The notes: a model not told the origin generated them from the letters alone. A stretch of DNA of 64,000 nucleotides from an uncultured Actinomycetes bacterium (GCA_963706025.1 CAVPLM010000020.1:32001-96000); one strand, 5' to 3'; positions 28,716 to 40,680 are shown, counted from the stretch's first letter. A program made the numbers and translations.

Positions 28716-29987
28716 ATGAGTTTTGCTGAACTAGGCCTGGAACCAGGTCTTCTGAAGGCTGTACAGAACCTCGGCTACACCGAACCCACCCCCATCCAAG
28801 AGCAGGCCATCCCCCTTGCCCTCGCTGGCCGCGACCTGCTCGGCTGCGCCCAGACCGGCACGGGCAAGACGGCCGCCTTCATCCTCCCCGCCCTACAGCT
28901 GATGGGCAGCCGGTCGCCCGGCGGCGCAGCGGCAGGTAACGATGGTCGCGCCGGCAGCCCCGGTCGCGACGCCGCCCGCCATCCGTCCATCGGCACCTTG
29001 GTGGTCACTCCCACCCGGGAGCTGGCGGGCCAGATCGAAGAGGTGGCCCGTGAATGCGCCAAGTTCACCGGTCAGCGCACCACCGCAGTCTATGGGGGCG
29101 TCGGGTACGAGCCTCAGCTCAAGAAGCTGCGCCGTGGCGTCGACCTTCTGGTGGCCACTCCCGGCCGCCTGCTCGACCTGCAGCAGCGCGGAGATGTCGA
29201 CCTCTCTCAGGTGGAGATCCTGGTCCTCGACGAGGCCGATCGTATGCTCGACATGGGCTTCTGGCCCGATGTGCGCCGCATCATGAACCTGCTGCCGGCC
29301 AAGCGCCAGAACATGCTGTTCTCTGCCACTCTCAACCGGGACGTGATGCGAGTAGCGGGGCCGACGCTTCACGACCCCGCTCGGGTCGAGGTGGCCCCTA
29401 GCGCAACGACTGTCGATACCGTCACCCAGACGATCTACCCGGTAGCCGAGGTCCAGAAGACCGACCTGCTGGTTAGGCTCCTGGAGAAGCACCAGCTCGA
29501 TCGCGTGCTGGTGTTCACCCGCACTAAGCACCGGGCCGACCGGGTATGCCGCCATCTGGAGCGAAGCCGCATCAAGGGCGCAGCCATCCACTCCAACCGC
29601 ACACAATCCCAACGGCAGCGGGCCCTCGACGGCTTCAAGGATGGCACCTATCGGGTGCTGGTGGCCACCGATATCGTGGCCCGGGGCATCGACGTCGACC
29701 GCATCTCGCATGTGATCAACTACGACCTGCCGGCCGTAGCCCAGGACTACGTGCATCGCATCGGCCGCACGGCCAGGGCGGGCGCATCGGGCACCGCCAT
29801 CAGCTTCCTGGCCGCGGAACAGGCCAACGAGCTGCGGGAGATCGAGGTCATGCTCGGCGAGACCCTGCCCTGCATGGACCTGGACGATTTCGCCTACATG
29901 CAGAGACTGGTCCCCAATCCCGAGCGCACGGCCAAGAAGCCCAAACCCAGGCTGGTCTACAACGGCAGCGCCCGGAGACGGCGGTAG
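28716..29987 (+). CDS. rhlE: DEAD-box ATP-dependent RNA helicase (RhlE-like)
   Basis: Q motif, [39 protein letters not shown]. Confidence 0.92.
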   Translation: MSFAELGLEPGLLKAVQNLGYTEPTPIQEQAIPLALAGRDLLGCAQTGTGKTAAFILPALQLMGSRSPGGAAAGNDGRAGSPGRDAARHPSIGTLVVTPTRELAGQIEEVARECAKFTGQRTTAVYGGVGYEPQLKKLRRGVDLLVATPGRLLDLQQRGDVDLSQVEILVLDEADRMLDMGFWPDVRRIMNLLPAKRQNMLFSATLNRDVMRVAGPTLHDPARVEVAPSATTVDTVTQTIYPVAEVQKTDLLVRLLEKHQLDRVLVFTRTKHRADRVCRHLERSRIKGAAIHSNRTQSQRQRALDGFKDGTYRVLVATDIVARGIDVDRISHVINYDLPAVAQDYVHRIGRTARAGASGTAISFLAAEQANELREIEVMLGETLPCMDLDDFAYMQRLVPNPERTAKKPKPRLVYNGSARRRR

Positions 29988-30072
29988 GAGCCCGGGGGTA
30001 GGAGCCCAGCTGTAGCAGCAGCCTGCTGCAGGCCGTTCCGCAACAAGCGCCCCTTGCCAGGAGAGGAACGCT

Positions 30073-30978
30073 CTAGGTGGTCAGGCGCCGCAAGGCCTCC
30101 TGGTATTTCTCCCGCGTCTTCTCGACCACGTCGTCGGGCAGCTCGGGAGCGGGAGCTTCCTTGTTCCACCGGATAGCTTCGAGGTAGTCGCGCACGAACT
30201 GCTTGTCGAAGCTGGCCTGGGGCCGGCCGGGCTCATACGACTCGGCAGGCCAGAACCGGGAAGAATCGGGAGTCAAGACCTCGTCGATCAAGATGAGTTC
30301 CCCGTCCGCGGCGCTCCCATCATGCACCAGCCCGAACTCGAACTTGGTGTCGGCGATGATGATACCCCGCTCCAAAGCGTGTTCCGCCGCGAAGCGATAG
30401 AGGGCGAGGCTGGTCTCGCGCACTTTCTCGGCGATGTCCCCGCCCACGAGCGAGGCCGCTTGTTCGAACGATATGTTCTCGTCGTGGCCGGACTGGGCCT
30501 TGGTAGACGGGGTGAAGATCGCCTCCGGCAGCCTGGCGGACTCCTGGAGACCGTCCGGCAGGCGGATACCACACACCGTTCCCAAGTTCTGGTACTCCTT
30601 CCAGCCCGAACCGGAGAGGTATCCGCGCACGATCGCCTCGATGGTCAGGGGTGTGGCGTTACGCACCAGGACCGTCCGCCCTCTCAGTTCCTCGTAGAAC
30701 CAATCCAGTTCCGGGTACCATTGCGGGCCCGGGTCGCCGTCGACGATATGGTTGGCGATAAGGTGCTCCGTCTTCCGGAACCAGAAGTTGGACATCTGGG
30801 TGAGGATCCGGCCCTTGTCCGGCACCGGAGTGGGGAGCACGTGGTCGAAGGCGGAGATGCGATCGCAGGCGACGATGAGCAGGTGCTTTTCGCTGGGCTT
30901 GTAGACATCGCGCACCTTGCCTCGCCTGTAGAGGGGCAGGCCTCGTTCCTGGGATGCGAACATCGCGGTCGGCGTCAT
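30073..30978 (-). CDS. purC: Phosphoribosylaminoimidazole-succinocarboxamide synthase
   Basis: GKVRD, DRISAFD, RGYLSGSGW, FTPSTKA, ADTKFEFG, DEVLTPDSSRFW, DKQFVRD. Confidence 0.97.
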   Translation of the reverse strand: MTPTAMFASQERGLPLYRRGKVRDVYKPSEKHLLIVACDRISAFDHVLPTPVPDKGRILTQMSNFWFRKTEHLIANHIVDGDPGPQWYPELDWFYEELRGRTVLVRNATPLTIEAIVRGYLSGSGWKEYQNLGTVCGIRLPDGLQESARLPEAIFTPSTKAQSGHDENISFEQAASLVGGDIAEKVRETSLALYRFAAEHALERGIIIADTKFEFGLVHDGSAADGELILIDEVLTPDSSRFWPAESYEPGRPQASFDKQFVRDYLEAIRWNKEAPAPELPDDVVEKTREKYQEALRRLTT

Positions 30979-31057
30979 GGCCATTCCTCCTCCAGGCGTA
31001 CGGCATCGATGGCGGTCATGGTGCCGGCTATTGTAGCCTGGTGTTAGGATGACCGCC

Positions 31058-31990
31058 ATGCACCGCGATGACACCCACCCCGAGGCCACCCCCGAGAAGC
31101 AGGCCGGCGACGAGACCATCGCCGCCCTTCGCGCCAACCGCGACCTCTGGGACGCCTGGACCGAGCTCCACGTCGCCAGCGAGTTCTACGACGTGGAGGG
31201 CTTCAAGGCCGGCCGGGAGACGCTGGACGCCGTCGAGCTCGAAGGGGTGGGCGACGTGCGCGGGAAGTCACTGCTCCACCTGCAGTGCCACTTCGGGCTC
31301 GACACCCTGTCGTGGGCGCGCCGCGGCGCCCGGGTGACCGGGGTCGACTTCTCAGAAAAGGCGGTCGCTCACGCCCGGCGCCTGGCGCGGGAGCTGGCCA
31401 TCGATGCGCGCTTCGTGCAGGCCGACGTCACCGACACTGCCGCTGTGGTCGCGCACCTTGGAAGCGGGCAGTTCGACGTGGTCTTCACCTCGCACGGGAC
31501 CATCTCCTGGCTGCCGGACCTCGCTCCCTGGGCCCGTACCGTGGCGCAGACGCTTCGACCGGGCGGCACGTTCTTCATCGCCGATTCGCATCCCTTCGCC
31601 TGGATGTTCGACGAGACCGCCGAACCCGAGCTCCGCTTCCGCTTCCCCTATTTCGACCAGAGGGCGCTCCGCTGGGAGGAGAAGGGCTCGTACGCCGTCC
31701 CCGACGCCGATCTCGAGAGCGTCTCCTACTCCTGGCAACACACCTTCGAGGAGATCGTAGGCTCGCTGACCGCGGCAGGCCTGTCCATCACGTCGCTCAG
31801 CGAATACCCGTATCTGTTCTGGCGATGGTTCCCGTGGATGGTCAAGGACGATCTGGGAGCCTACCGGCTGCCCGAGGATATTCCGCAGATCCCGCTCATG
31901 TTCTCGTTGACCGCGACCAGAACCGCCGACCCTACAGTGGCTCCCGTTGAGTGCGACGATACGCCGCCCGAGGTCGCTTCGCAGCCATGA
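31058..31990 (+). CDS. Class I SAM-dependent methyltransferase
   Basis: LHLQCHFG.DTLS.ARRGA, GVDFS, FDVVFTS.G...WLPDL. Confidence 0.9.
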   Translation: MHRDDTHPEATPEKQAGDETIAALRANRDLWDAWTELHVASEFYDVEGFKAGRETLDAVELEGVGDVRGKSLLHLQCHFGLDTLSWARRGARVTGVDFSEKAVAHARRLARELAIDARFVQADVTDTAAVVAHLGSGQFDVVFTSHGTISWLPDLAPWARTVAQTLRPGGTFFIADSHPFAWMFDETAEPELRFRFPYFDQRALRWEEKGSYAVPDADLESVSYSWQHTFEEIVGSLTAAGLSITSLSEYPYLFWRWFPWMVKDDLGAYRLPEDIPQIPLMFSLTATRTADPTVAPVECDDTPPEVASQP

Positions 31991-32448
31991 CGATCGCGAT
32001 GGCCCAGGGGCACGAGATCGACACCGTGCTGGCGCTCATCGAGGAGTTGCTGGCCGAATTGGGAAGCGAGGGACAAGAATTCGCCCGTATCGATCGCGCG
32101 AAGCTGCGCGCGGATATCCAGGGGAATCTCGATTCAGGGCGATTCCTGGCTTTCCTGGCCAAGGATGAGAGCGGCACCGCTATCGGAGTCCTGACCCTCT
32201 CGGAGAGCTTCGCCCTTTATGCCGGGGGAGAGTACGGAACGATCGACGAGATGTACGTCCGGCCGGACTACCGGTGTCGCGGTATCGGCGGACAGTTGGT
32301 CGACGCTGCCGTAGCCGTGGCCCGGGAGAGGAGATGGTTCCGTCTGGACGTCACCGCTCCGGAAGATGAGACCGACGAACGGGCGCTGGGCTTCTACAAA
32401 CGCAGGGGGTTCGAGTTCACCGGGCCCAAGCTGCGACTGCTGGTCTGA
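31987..32448 (+). CDS. GNAT family acetyltransferase
   Basis: IDEMYVRPDYRCRGIG, ALGFYKRRGF; ATGA overlap with upstream gene. Confidence 0.9.
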   Translation: MTIAMAQGHEIDTVLALIEELLAELGSEGQEFARIDRAKLRADIQGNLDSGRFLAFLAKDESGTAIGVLTLSESFALYAGGEYGTIDEMYVRPDYRCRGIGGQLVDAAVAVARERRWFRLDVTAPEDETDERALGFYKRRGFEFTGPKLRLLV

Positions 32449-32495
32449 CCGGCTGGTGTGGCCGCCTTCCGTCCGGCGCTGCCGGCGACCGAGCC

Positions 32496-32759
32496 CTATC
32501 GTCTTCTCCCGACCCGGGTGGCACTGAGGACCAGGAGCAACACGATGGAGACTCCTATGGCAATGAGGAAGCTCCAGATGCTGAAGTCGTTCACCACGCC
32601 GCCGTAACCGAGAGCCCGGCCCAGGAGACCGCCCAACAGAGCGCCGACGATACCCACGGCGAGCGTCCAGAACCAGCCGATCCGCCGTCTCGTCACCCAC
32701 TTCGCCAGCACGCCCAAGACTATCCCCACCACGATCCACAGTATGAGTGACATGAGCAT
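32496..32759 (-). CDS. GlsB/YeaQ/YmgE (transglycosylase-associated) membrane protein
   Basis: WIVVG..LG.LA, GIVGALLGG, three TM helices; AAGGAG upstream. Confidence 0.88.
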   Translation of the reverse strand: MLMSLILWIVVGIVLGVLAKWVTRRRIGWFWTLAVGIVGALLGGLLGRALGYGGVVNDFSIWSFLIAIGVSIVLLLVLSATRVGRRR

Positions 32760-32913
32760 TCTCCTTGGAAGCCGTCTGTTGCGGAGTCCGCGGTCTCAGT
32801 AGACCACAAGCTCGGTCAGTTCGCCAGACCGGGCGTCGGATCGCCGCCGATGCTGGAGGCGAACTTGAGTCCCCTACGGACCGTCGGGCCGACCAACGGC
32901 CGAATGCCGCCCC

Positions 32914-33789
32914 TCAGTCTTTGACGAATTCCACGTGTGTGTAGGCGATACGGAACCCCACCCGCTCCATATTGCGCTGGGACACCCCGCCGGGCGCAGC
33001 CTCGGTGACCGCCAGGTCGCAGCCCGCTGCCTCGGCCAAAAGCAGCCGATGGCGCTGAATGGCCTGTTGGACGCCGCGCCTCCGGTATTGAGGCAGCGTG
33101 GTATCCCCGGACAGCCAGCCCACTCCGCCGTCGATCGTCAGGACTCCGGTCCCGGCAGGAACCCCGTCCACCCAACCCAAGACCAAGACCGCGTCCTGAC
33201 GCCCGGACATGATCGCGCCGAACTCCTCGTGACGGCGGTCGGGCGGCTCTTCGCCGGTGAACCCGCGCGCGGCGAGCCGTCCCCATAGCTCGCGCTCCTC
33301 CGGCGCGCACACCCGCACATCCACACCTGTCGGCAGAGGGTGGCGCGCAGATGCTCGCCCGCCAAGCTCCAGCACGAGCACGTGCTCGAACTCTGAGGCC
33401 CGCCAGCCCCGCCGCCCCAGACTCTGGAGTAGCGAGGGGTCGGCCAGCGGGCACATGCTGATCACCGCCTCAGCCCCTCGATCGTGGTAGAAGGCCTCCA
33501 CGGCCTCCAACTCCGCCTCCTCCACGGGCCCGGCCATGCCCAGGCCTACCGCCAGATTGACCGGCGAGCCCGCGCCCAGCCACAACGCCACCCCGCTGCC
33601 CACGTCGATGCATTCGGCTGAGACGTCCGGCAAAAGCCCGGGAGCAGACTCGGCCAGACGCCGAAACTCGGCGCAGACGAGGTCCTCCAGGCGACGAGCC
33701 AGGTGGAGGTCGGCGTGGATCATGAGGGGATCCCGCGAAAGACTCGCTCGGTCACAGCTCTCACGGTCGTGGTCACTTTGTCGCTCCAT
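32914..33789 (-). CDS. GNAT family acetyltransferase
   Basis: C-terminal TLPQYRRRGVQ and SQRNMERVGF motifs. Confidence 0.85.
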   Translation of the reverse strand: MERQSDHDRESCDRASLSRDPLMIHADLHLARRLEDLVCAEFRRLAESAPGLLPDVSAECIDVGSGVALWLGAGSPVNLAVGLGMAGPVEEAELEAVEAFYHDRGAEAVISMCPLADPSLLQSLGRRGWRASEFEHVLVLELGGRASARHPLPTGVDVRVCAPEERELWGRLAARGFTGEEPPDRRHEEFGAIMSGRQDAVLVLGWVDGVPAGTGVLTIDGGVGWLSGDTTLPQYRRRGVQQAIQRHRLLLAEAAGCDLAVTEAAPGGVSQRNMERVGFRIAYTHVEFVKD

Positions 33790-33927
33790 GATCACCTTTC
33801 TGTCGTCTTCTCAATGGGAACCCATCGGCGCGAGGAATGCAAGACTTCCCGAGCCGTCTGATAACCTTTGTGCGCAAGGAGCCGGATTGCTCCTGGGTCC
33901 CGCAATCGTGGGGAGAGAGGGAGGTTC

Positions 33928-36484
33928 GTGAACGCTGCCCCGCCGCCGCTGGGTGACGAAGTAGAGGTCAGCATCGTCCCGCCGGTGAGCGGCCTCGACA
34001 TCCGCCGAGGTCCGCGAGCGTGTCGCCGCCGGCCGGACGAACGTCACGCCGCGCCCGGGCGGGCGAACCACGTGGGACATCATCCGCACCAATACGCTCA
34101 CGTACTTCAACCTGATCCTGGGCGTGTTGTTCGTCTTCATGATCATCTTCGGCTCGTGGCGTGATGCCCTGTTCGGCGCCATCATCGTGATCAACTCCTC
34201 TATCGGGATCTTCCAGGAGATGCGGGCCAAGCTCGCCCTGGACAGGCTGCACGTGTTGACAGCACCTGCCGCCCGAGTGATACGGGACGGCGACGAGCAG
34301 GAGATCCCCGTGAGCGAGGTGGTGCTCGACGACGTTCTCCGCGTCACGGCCGGCGATCAGATCGTGGCGGATGGCGACACCCTGGAATCACTCAGTCTGG
34401 AGGTGGACGAGTCCCTGCTCACCGGGGAGTCCGTACCCGTGCTCAAGGAACCGGGGGACCCTCTGCTCTCGGGTAGTTTCGTGGTGGCGGGGAGTGGGCT
34501 GTTCCGCACCACCGCGGTGGGTGCGGACGCCTACGCCCAGCGGCTGACGGGCGAGGGCAAGCGTTACGTCCGCCTCCGCTCCGACCTGATGACCGGAATC
34601 AACAACATCCTGCGCGTCATCGGGATAGGGATCATTCCCGTCGGGGCTCTTCTGATCTGGGCTCAGTTCCGCATGGGCGTGAGCATGGAGCACGGAGTGA
34701 CCAATACGGTGGCCGCCCTCGTGGCAATGATCCCTCAAGGACTGGTCCTGCTCACAAGCATCGCCTTCGCTGTATCGGCCATCACTTTGGCGCGCCGGAA
34801 TGTACTCACCCGGGAGTTGCCGGCGGTGGAGGGTCTTGCCCGGGTGGATGTACTGTGCATCGACAAGACGGGGACCATAACCGAGCCCCTTCCCGCGTTC
34901 GATCGTTTCGAGCGGCTTGATGCCGGCGGACGGTCGGCACCCTCAGCAGCGGCGACCTCGGGCGCGGCGGCCGAGGAGGGGGCCGTACCGGGCGCCGCGG
35001 CCGGCGGCGCGGCGGTCGGCGGCGCGGCGGCCGGCGGCGCGGCGCCCCCCGACTCTCCAGACGACGACCCGGGGCGGGATGCCCTGGCCCTTGAGGTCCT
35101 GGGTATGCTGGCAGCCACCGCCTCCAGCCACAACTCCACCCTGGATGCCATTGCCGCGTCCCTGCCCGCCCCTCTTGGCTGGACCGTCGAGGACTCGGTG
35201 CCTTTCTCCTCGGCACGCAAGTGGAGCGCCGCTCGCGTGAGCGGCCGAGGCTCCTGGGTGCTGGGCGCCCCGGAGATCGTGGCGGCGGACGGCCTACCGG
35301 CCGCCGCCCAAGCTCGAGCACGAGCCGGGGACCTGGCCAAAGACGGTCTGCGCGTGCTCTTGCTCGCCCACACCGACGCGCCTCTGAGCGGCGATGATCT
35401 ACCCGATCGCCTGGCCCCGGTAGGATTGGTCATTCTCACCGAGCGAATCCGTTCCGACGCGCCCCAGACTCTCCGGTACTTCCAGGAACAGGGGGTGGAG
35501 ATCAAGGTCATCTCCGGCGACAACCCGGCTACCGTGGCTACTGTCGCCGCCAGGGCCGGGGTGCCGGGGTCCGAACGGGCGATCGATTCCCGCCATCTGC
35601 CGGAGGGAGAGGCCCTGGCCGAGTTGATGGAGTCCAACACCGTATTCGGCCGGGTCAATCCCGATCAGAAATGCGCCATGGTGGAGGCCCTCCAGCGACG
35701 GGGACACACCGTGGCCATGACCGGTGACGGCGCCAACGATGTGCTCGCTCTCAAGCAGGCCGACATGGGTATCGCCATGGGCACCGGTACGGCAGCCGCC
35801 CGGGCGATCTCCCAGCTTGTGTTGGTGGATTCGCGCTTCTCCACCTTGCCCGGGGTGATGGCAGAGGGCCGCCGGGTGACGGCCAACATCGAACGCGTGG
35901 CCAACCTGTTCACCACCAAGAGCGTCTGGGCAGCCGCCCTGGCCATCTCGATCGCCGTCCTGGCCGTGTCGTATCCCATTCTCCCCCGCCACCTGAGTCT
36001 TATCGACGCCCTGGTCATAGGCATACCAGGGTTCTTCCTCGCCCTAGCCCCCAACCCCCGCCGCTTTGTACCCGGATTCGTCTACCGGGTGGCGCGCTTC
36101 GTGATCCCCACCGGGCTGCTTGCAGCCATCACCGTCCTGGCCTCGTACCTGCTCATCCGGGCTGTGGGTGCGTCAGTGGAGGAGGCCCGCACCATGGAGA
36201 CCGTGGTCTTTTGCGTCATAGGCCTTCGGGTCATCGCCGTCATCGAGCGGCCTATCCGCGGATGGCGCCTGTGGCTTCTGCTGGCCATGGTCGCCCTACT
36301 GGCCATGGCCTTCTCCATCCCCTTCTCTCGGGAGTTCCTGGCCCTCGATATGCCCAGCTGGTCGGTCATCGGGGTCACGTGCGCAACCTGTATCTTCGCC
36401 TGGTTCTTCGTGGGCCTGGGCTGGCGGATCGGACAACGGCTTCCGTTCTGGCAAGAGGCGGCCCGGCGGGCAGAGGGCGCCTGA
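33928..36484 (+). CDS. Cation-translocating P-type ATPase (CtpE-like); +1 frameshift near 33997
   Basis: GL(T)SAEV start restored by removing one base; DESLLTGES, PQGL, DKTGT, FSSARKWS, ISGDN, MTGDGANDV. Confidence 0.92.
34991..35044 (+). repeat. In-frame 15-bp tandem repeat (~3.6 copies) in an ATPase loop
   Basis: GGCGCSGCGGYCGGC units encoding GAAAG-GAAVG-GAAAG. Confidence 0.85.
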
Positions 36485-36591
36485 CACCGAGGCCCCCCGA
36501 CCGATTTCGGCCGACCGCGCCACCGCTCCCGATCTCGCACCCTCTGTTGTCCGAGCATTGACCGACTCGCGGACGGGGTATGTAGCGACAC

Positions 36592-38061
36592 ATGGGTCCC
36601 GAAGACACTCACTCGAATGGCCAAGACCCCTGGGGCGCAGCACCCAGCCTCCGGTTTCCAGAGAGCCCGAGCCACGGACCGGAACCGCCGGAACCGCCTG
36701 AGCCGCCTGTGACCGTGACTCGAGTCGAGCGTGTCTACTACGCGACCGGGGCTCTCTTCACCCTGGCCACGTCGATCATATGGGGGGTCAACACCCTTTT
36801 CCTGCTCGACGCCGGCCTGGACATATTCGGGGTGATGGTGGTGAACGCGACCTTCAGCGCCGCTCAGATCGTCTTCGAAGTGCCGACCGGGGTCATCGCC
36901 GACACCATCGGACGACGGGCCTCCTTCCTCATCGGCATCGGCGCCCTCATAGTAGCCACCCTGGGCTACGTGGGCTCCGCCGTCTTGGGATGGGGCATGG
37001 CCGGGTTCATCCTCGCCTCGATCCTACTTGGCTTCGGCTTCACCTGCCAGACCGGAGCGGTGGACGCCTGGCTGGTGGACGCCCTGGACTCCGCGGGATA
37101 CAAGGGCAGGAAGGACCGGGTGTTCGCCCGCGGGGGCATGTTCATCGGCGTGTCCATGCTGGTGGGGACGTTGGGCGGAGGTCTCCTGGGGCAGTGGAAT
37201 CTGGCCCTTCCCTACTACGTGCGTACCGGACTACTCTTCGCCGCTTTCGCCGTCACTCTGGTCTTCATGCACGACTTCGGTTTTCGTCCCCGGCCGCTCG
37301 AGCTGGCTCGCTTCGGGGAGGAGAGCCGCAAGATCTTCGCAGCCGGGATCACTCACGGCTGGCGCCATCCCGTCGTCCGGCCATTGCTGTTCGTCTCGCT
37401 CGTCAACGGTCTGCTGGTCTGGTATCTGTTCTATGCCTCCCAACCGTACGCGCTCGAACTGCTCGGTGAAGGAGACCTGGTCTGGGTGGCGGGGGTGGTC
37501 ACCGCCCTCTTCGCGCTTTCCGGAGTAGTGGGAAACGCGCTGGTGAAGCGGCTTTCCCGTTCTCGGTTCGGGAAGCGCCCTGCCTCGATCCTTATGGTGG
37601 CATCCGCGGGGATGGCGACGCTCGCAGTGGGCATGGGGGTGACGGGCCTCCTGGCGCCGGGGGGCGGCAACACCTTGGCCTTCACCGTCTTGGTGGTGAT
37701 GCTCGGCGGCTTCGGCGTCATAAGCGGCATCGCAGGCCCGATCCGTCAGGCGTACATCAACGAGCACATCCCTTCGCCGCAGCGGGCCACGGTACTGTCG
37801 TTCGACTCGTTCTTCGCAGACATCGGCGCAGTGGCCGGCCAGTTGGGATTGGGAGCGATCGCCCAGACTGCCTCCAAGGCCCTTGCCTACACGATCGGCG
37901 GGATCATCTACTTCGCTGCCGCGCCGCTCTACCGCCGGGCAGGTAGGGCCTCAGAGAGAGATGTCGACCTCGAGACCTGCATGGCCGACGCGGGGGGCAC
38001 CGAGGCATCCTGCCTCGCGGTGCCCGGGGATGTCGACACTGCCGCCGGCCGGCAACCGTAG
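36592..38061 (+). CDS. MFS transporter
   Basis: FEVPTG..AD..GRR, GA..AW.VD, RATVLSF.S; about 12 TM helices. Confidence 0.9.
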   Translation: MGPEDTHSNGQDPWGAAPSLRFPESPSHGPEPPEPPEPPVTVTRVERVYYATGALFTLATSIIWGVNTLFLLDAGLDIFGVMVVNATFSAAQIVFEVPTGVIADTIGRRASFLIGIGALIVATLGYVGSAVLGWGMAGFILASILLGFGFTCQTGAVDAWLVDALDSAGYKGRKDRVFARGGMFIGVSMLVGTLGGGLLGQWNLALPYYVRTGLLFAAFAVTLVFMHDFGFRPRPLELARFGEESRKIFAAGITHGWRHPVVRPLLFVSLVNGLLVWYLFYASQPYALELLGEGDLVWVAGVVTALFALSGVVGNALVKRLSRSRFGKRPASILMVASAGMATLAVGMGVTGLLAPGGGNTLAFTVLVVMLGGFGVISGIAGPIRQAYINEHIPSPQRATVLSFDSFFADIGAVAGQLGLGAIAQTASKALAYTIGGIIYFAAAPLYRRAGRASERDVDLETCMADAGGTEASCLAVPGDVDTAAGRQP

Positions 38062-38093
38062 CTTGTCCCGGAGAGGTCCGGCGGTTTACGCTG

Positions 38094-39200
38094 CTAAAGC
38101 AGGTTCTCGGGGTTGAGCCCCTGCAGCTCCGGGGGCACGAAGCGCCCGTCCTGACGCACCAGCACGTCGTCGAAGTAGACCTCGCCCCCGCCCCACTGGG
38201 GAGTCTGGATGAGCACCAAGTCCCAGTGGACACTCGAACGGTTTCCGTTGTCGGCAGCGTCGTAGGCCCGCCCGAGAGCGAGATGCAGGCTGCCGCCGAT
38301 CTTCTCGTCGTAGAGCGTGTCCTTCATGGGGCGGTCGACGCAGGGATTGACCCCGAGGGCGAACTCGCCCACGTAGCGAGCCCCCTCGTCCGTGTCGAGC
38401 ATCTGCAGGATCTTTTCCGGCTCGTTGCAGTCCGCGTCCACGACCCGGCCGGCCTTGAAGGTCAGGCGCACCCGTTCGTAGGTGGTGCCGTCCTCCAGGG
38501 ACGGGGTGTTGAAGAGGATGACACCGTCCGCCGAGTTCCGCACCGGAGCGGTGAACACCTCCCCGTCGGGGATGTTGTTCTTACCCGCAGCCTTGATCAC
38601 CGGGATCCCTTTGATGGAGAAGGAGATGTCGGTCCCCGGTGCGGTGATGCGCACCCGCTCGGTGCGCGACATCAAGTCGACCAACGGGTCCATGGCCTTG
38701 TCCATGCGCGCGTAGTCCAAGGTCGAGACGTTCAGGCAGAAGTCCTCGAAAGCTTCTGTCGACATGCCTGCCGCCTGAGCGGCAGCCGGAGTGGGGAAGC
38801 GGAGCAGGCACCACTTCTTGGCCAGTACCAGCTCCATGAGGGGTTCGTTGGCCAGTCGGGACACCTCCAGGACGCCTCCGGGCACATCCGCCAACTCAGA
38901 AGCGTTGCTTCCCGCGAGGATGTAGAGACTGGCGTCGAGGTCTTTGAACTTCTGCATCTCCCAGGAGACCCGGAGGTCCAGTTGCTCGCGAGTGGCGCCC
39001 AGCAGCCAGGCCCGCCGCAGCTGCGGGTCTCCGATCTCGACGAAGGGCACGGCGCCCCGCCGATAGGCCGCCTCCACCAGAGCGATCATCAGGTCGCGCG
39101 AACCGGCCTCTCCGTCGATACCCACCTTCTCGCCGGGTTGCAGCTCGAGCGAGTAGTCAAGCAGGTTATCGGCCAGCTTGTCCAGCCGTGGGTCTCTCAT
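38094..39200 (-). CDS. Aminopeptidase, M29 family (AmpS/PepS-like)
   Basis: [41 protein letters not shown]. Confidence 0.93.
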   Translation of the reverse strand: MRDPRLDKLADNLLDYSLELQPGEKVGIDGEAGSRDLMIALVEAAYRRGAVPFVEIGDPQLRRAWLLGATREQLDLRVSWEMQKFKDLDASLYILAGSNASELADVPGGVLEVSRLANEPLMELVLAKKWCLLRFPTPAAAQAAGMSTEAFEDFCLNVSTLDYARMDKAMDPLVDLMSRTERVRITAPGTDISFSIKGIPVIKAAGKNNIPDGEVFTAPVRNSADGVILFNTPSLEDGTTYERVRLTFKAGRVVDADCNEPEKILQMLDTDEGARYVGEFALGVNPCVDRPMKDTLYDEKIGGSLHLALGRAYDAADNGNRSSVHWDLVLIQTPQWGGGEVYFDDVLVRQDGRFVPPELQGLNPENLL

Positions 39201-39363
39201 CAGCGGATCCTTTCTCGTGGGTACCTTTGCGTGCGCGCACCGCTTCGCGGAGTAAGTACTCGATCTGCCCGTTGACGCTGCGCAGCTCATCGGCGGCCCA
39301 GCTCTCCAGATCGGCCCACAAGCGGGGATCGATGCGGAGTAGGAACTGCTTGCGCTCAGCCAT
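39166..39363 (-). CDS. Arc-like ribbon-helix-helix DNA-binding protein
   Basis: [31 protein letters not shown]. Confidence 0.85.
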   Translation of the reverse strand: MAERKQFLLRIDPRLWADLESWAADELRSVNGQIEYLLREAVRARKGTHEKGSADERPTAGQAGR

Positions 39364-39450
39364 CAGACGGCACCCCAGTAGGGGAGTTCCCAACCATCTT
39401 CCCGCTCCGTGGCCACGGGAAACCTGGTCATGCCGGATCTTGCCTTGGGC

Positions 39451-39553
39451 TTAGAACTCGTTTCAGAACGAAGTTTTGGCCGCCTCATTCCGCGCTGGGC
39501 GGAGCGATCCATCGTCCTCTGTCGGCAAAGCGTCATTCTGAAACGAGCTTCTA
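39451..39553. mobile_element. MITE-like non-autonomous element, ~103 bp
   Basis: Perfect 12-bp inverted repeats CTCGTTTCAGAA (39457-68) / TTCTGAAACGAG (39536-47), bounded by TTA and CTA; end fragments recur at 1479, 2241, 60932. Confidence 0.7.
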
Positions 39554-40582
39554 TTGGTAGAGGGTCCCGGTGTTCACCACCGGATGCACCTCGGATTCGC
39601 CGCACAGCACCACCATAAGATTGCTGACCATGGCCGCCTTGCGCTCGGAGTCGAGCTCCACCACTCCTTTCTCCGCCAGCTCGCGGAGGGCCATGTCGAC
39701 CATGCTCACCGCCCCGTGCACGATCTTCTGGCGGGCGTCGATCACGGCCTCGGCCTGCTGCCGCCGAAGCATGGCTTGGGCTATCTCGGGCGAGTAGGCC
39801 AAATGGGTGAGACGGGCCTCTTCGACCAGTACACCGGCCCGGGCCAGTCTCTGCCCCAACTCGTCTTTGAGCGCCTGCGACACCTCGTCGACGTTACTGC
39901 GCAGGGTGATCTCGTGCTCTTCCCCGTGGTCGTAGGCGTACGAGCTGGCCAGGTGACGAAGGGCGGTCTCGCTCTGAGTCTCCACGTACACCTCGAAATC
40001 GTCCACGTCGAACACGGCCTGGGCGGTGTCGTGAACCCTCCAGACGACCACCGTGGCGATCTCGACCGGATTGCCCCGCCGGTCGTTGACCTTCAGTTTC
40101 GGCCCGTTGAGTGTCCGGGCCCGTACCGAGACCTTGTAGCGAGGGAACTTCTTGACGGCGCGGGAGGGTTGACCCTTCTTGCCGGCTCCGGTGGAGGCGC
40201 CGCCGGGTCCCTCGCCGCCCCGTCCGTCAGAGGCGGCCTTGGCTGAAGGACCATTGGAGTAGAAGGGATTGGCCCAGCGAAATCCTCCCTGCCTTACGGT
40301 TCCCCGATAGGCGCCAAAGAGCACCAGGACCCGGGTCTCGTTGGGCTCCAGCGTGAAGAACCCGGGGGCAAGAAATGAGCCCAGTATGAGCAGCACTATG
40401 CCGGGAGCCACCAGGGCCCAGATCTGTCCGGTGCTGAGACCTCCGTTGTCTCCATACACAGCCGCCAACACCAGTAGGACGATGCCCACGACAAAGATCA
40501 CGATCACGGCCGCAAGCATCCCCCAGCCGCTTATCGCCTTTGCTTCCCTCTCGTGGTTCAGTGACACCTGTTGCACGTCCAT
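39551..40582 (-). CDS. SPFH/band-7 domain membrane protein
   Basis: Two TM helices, [41 protein letters not shown]. Confidence 0.92.
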   Translation of the reverse strand: MDVQQVSLNHEREAKAISGWGMLAAVIVIFVVGIVLLVLAAVYGDNGGLSTGQIWALVAPGIVLLILGSFLAPGFFTLEPNETRVLVLFGAYRGTVRQGGFRWANPFYSNGPSAKAASDGRGGEGPGGASTGAGKKGQPSRAVKKFPRYKVSVRARTLNGPKLKVNDRRGNPVEIATVVVWRVHDTAQAVFDVDDFEVYVETQSETALRHLASSYAYDHGEEHEITLRSNVDEVSQALKDELGQRLARAGVLVEEARLTHLAYSPEIAQAMLRRQQAEAVIDARQKIVHGAVSMVDMALRELAEKGVVELDSERKAAMVSNLMVVLCGESEVHPVVNTGTLYQ

Positions 40583-40680
40583 CTCTCCTCCTGTTAGTCG
40601 CCCCTTGCCTGGGGTGGCTCGGTAGCTGTTCCGAAAGCGCGCCAGGATCTGCCTAGCCGTGCTGGGCGAAGCCCGACAGA

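Noticed and set aside
32760-32913. Structured RNA in the intergenic gap
   Set aside because: AGTTCGCC/GGCGAACT pairing is present, but such stems are expected at this GC content and there is no other support
33790-33927. Riboswitch upstream of the GNAT or P-type ATPase genes
   Set aside because: Only a short GGAGC/GCTCC hairpin; no conserved aptamer motif that I recognise; an Rfam scan would be needed
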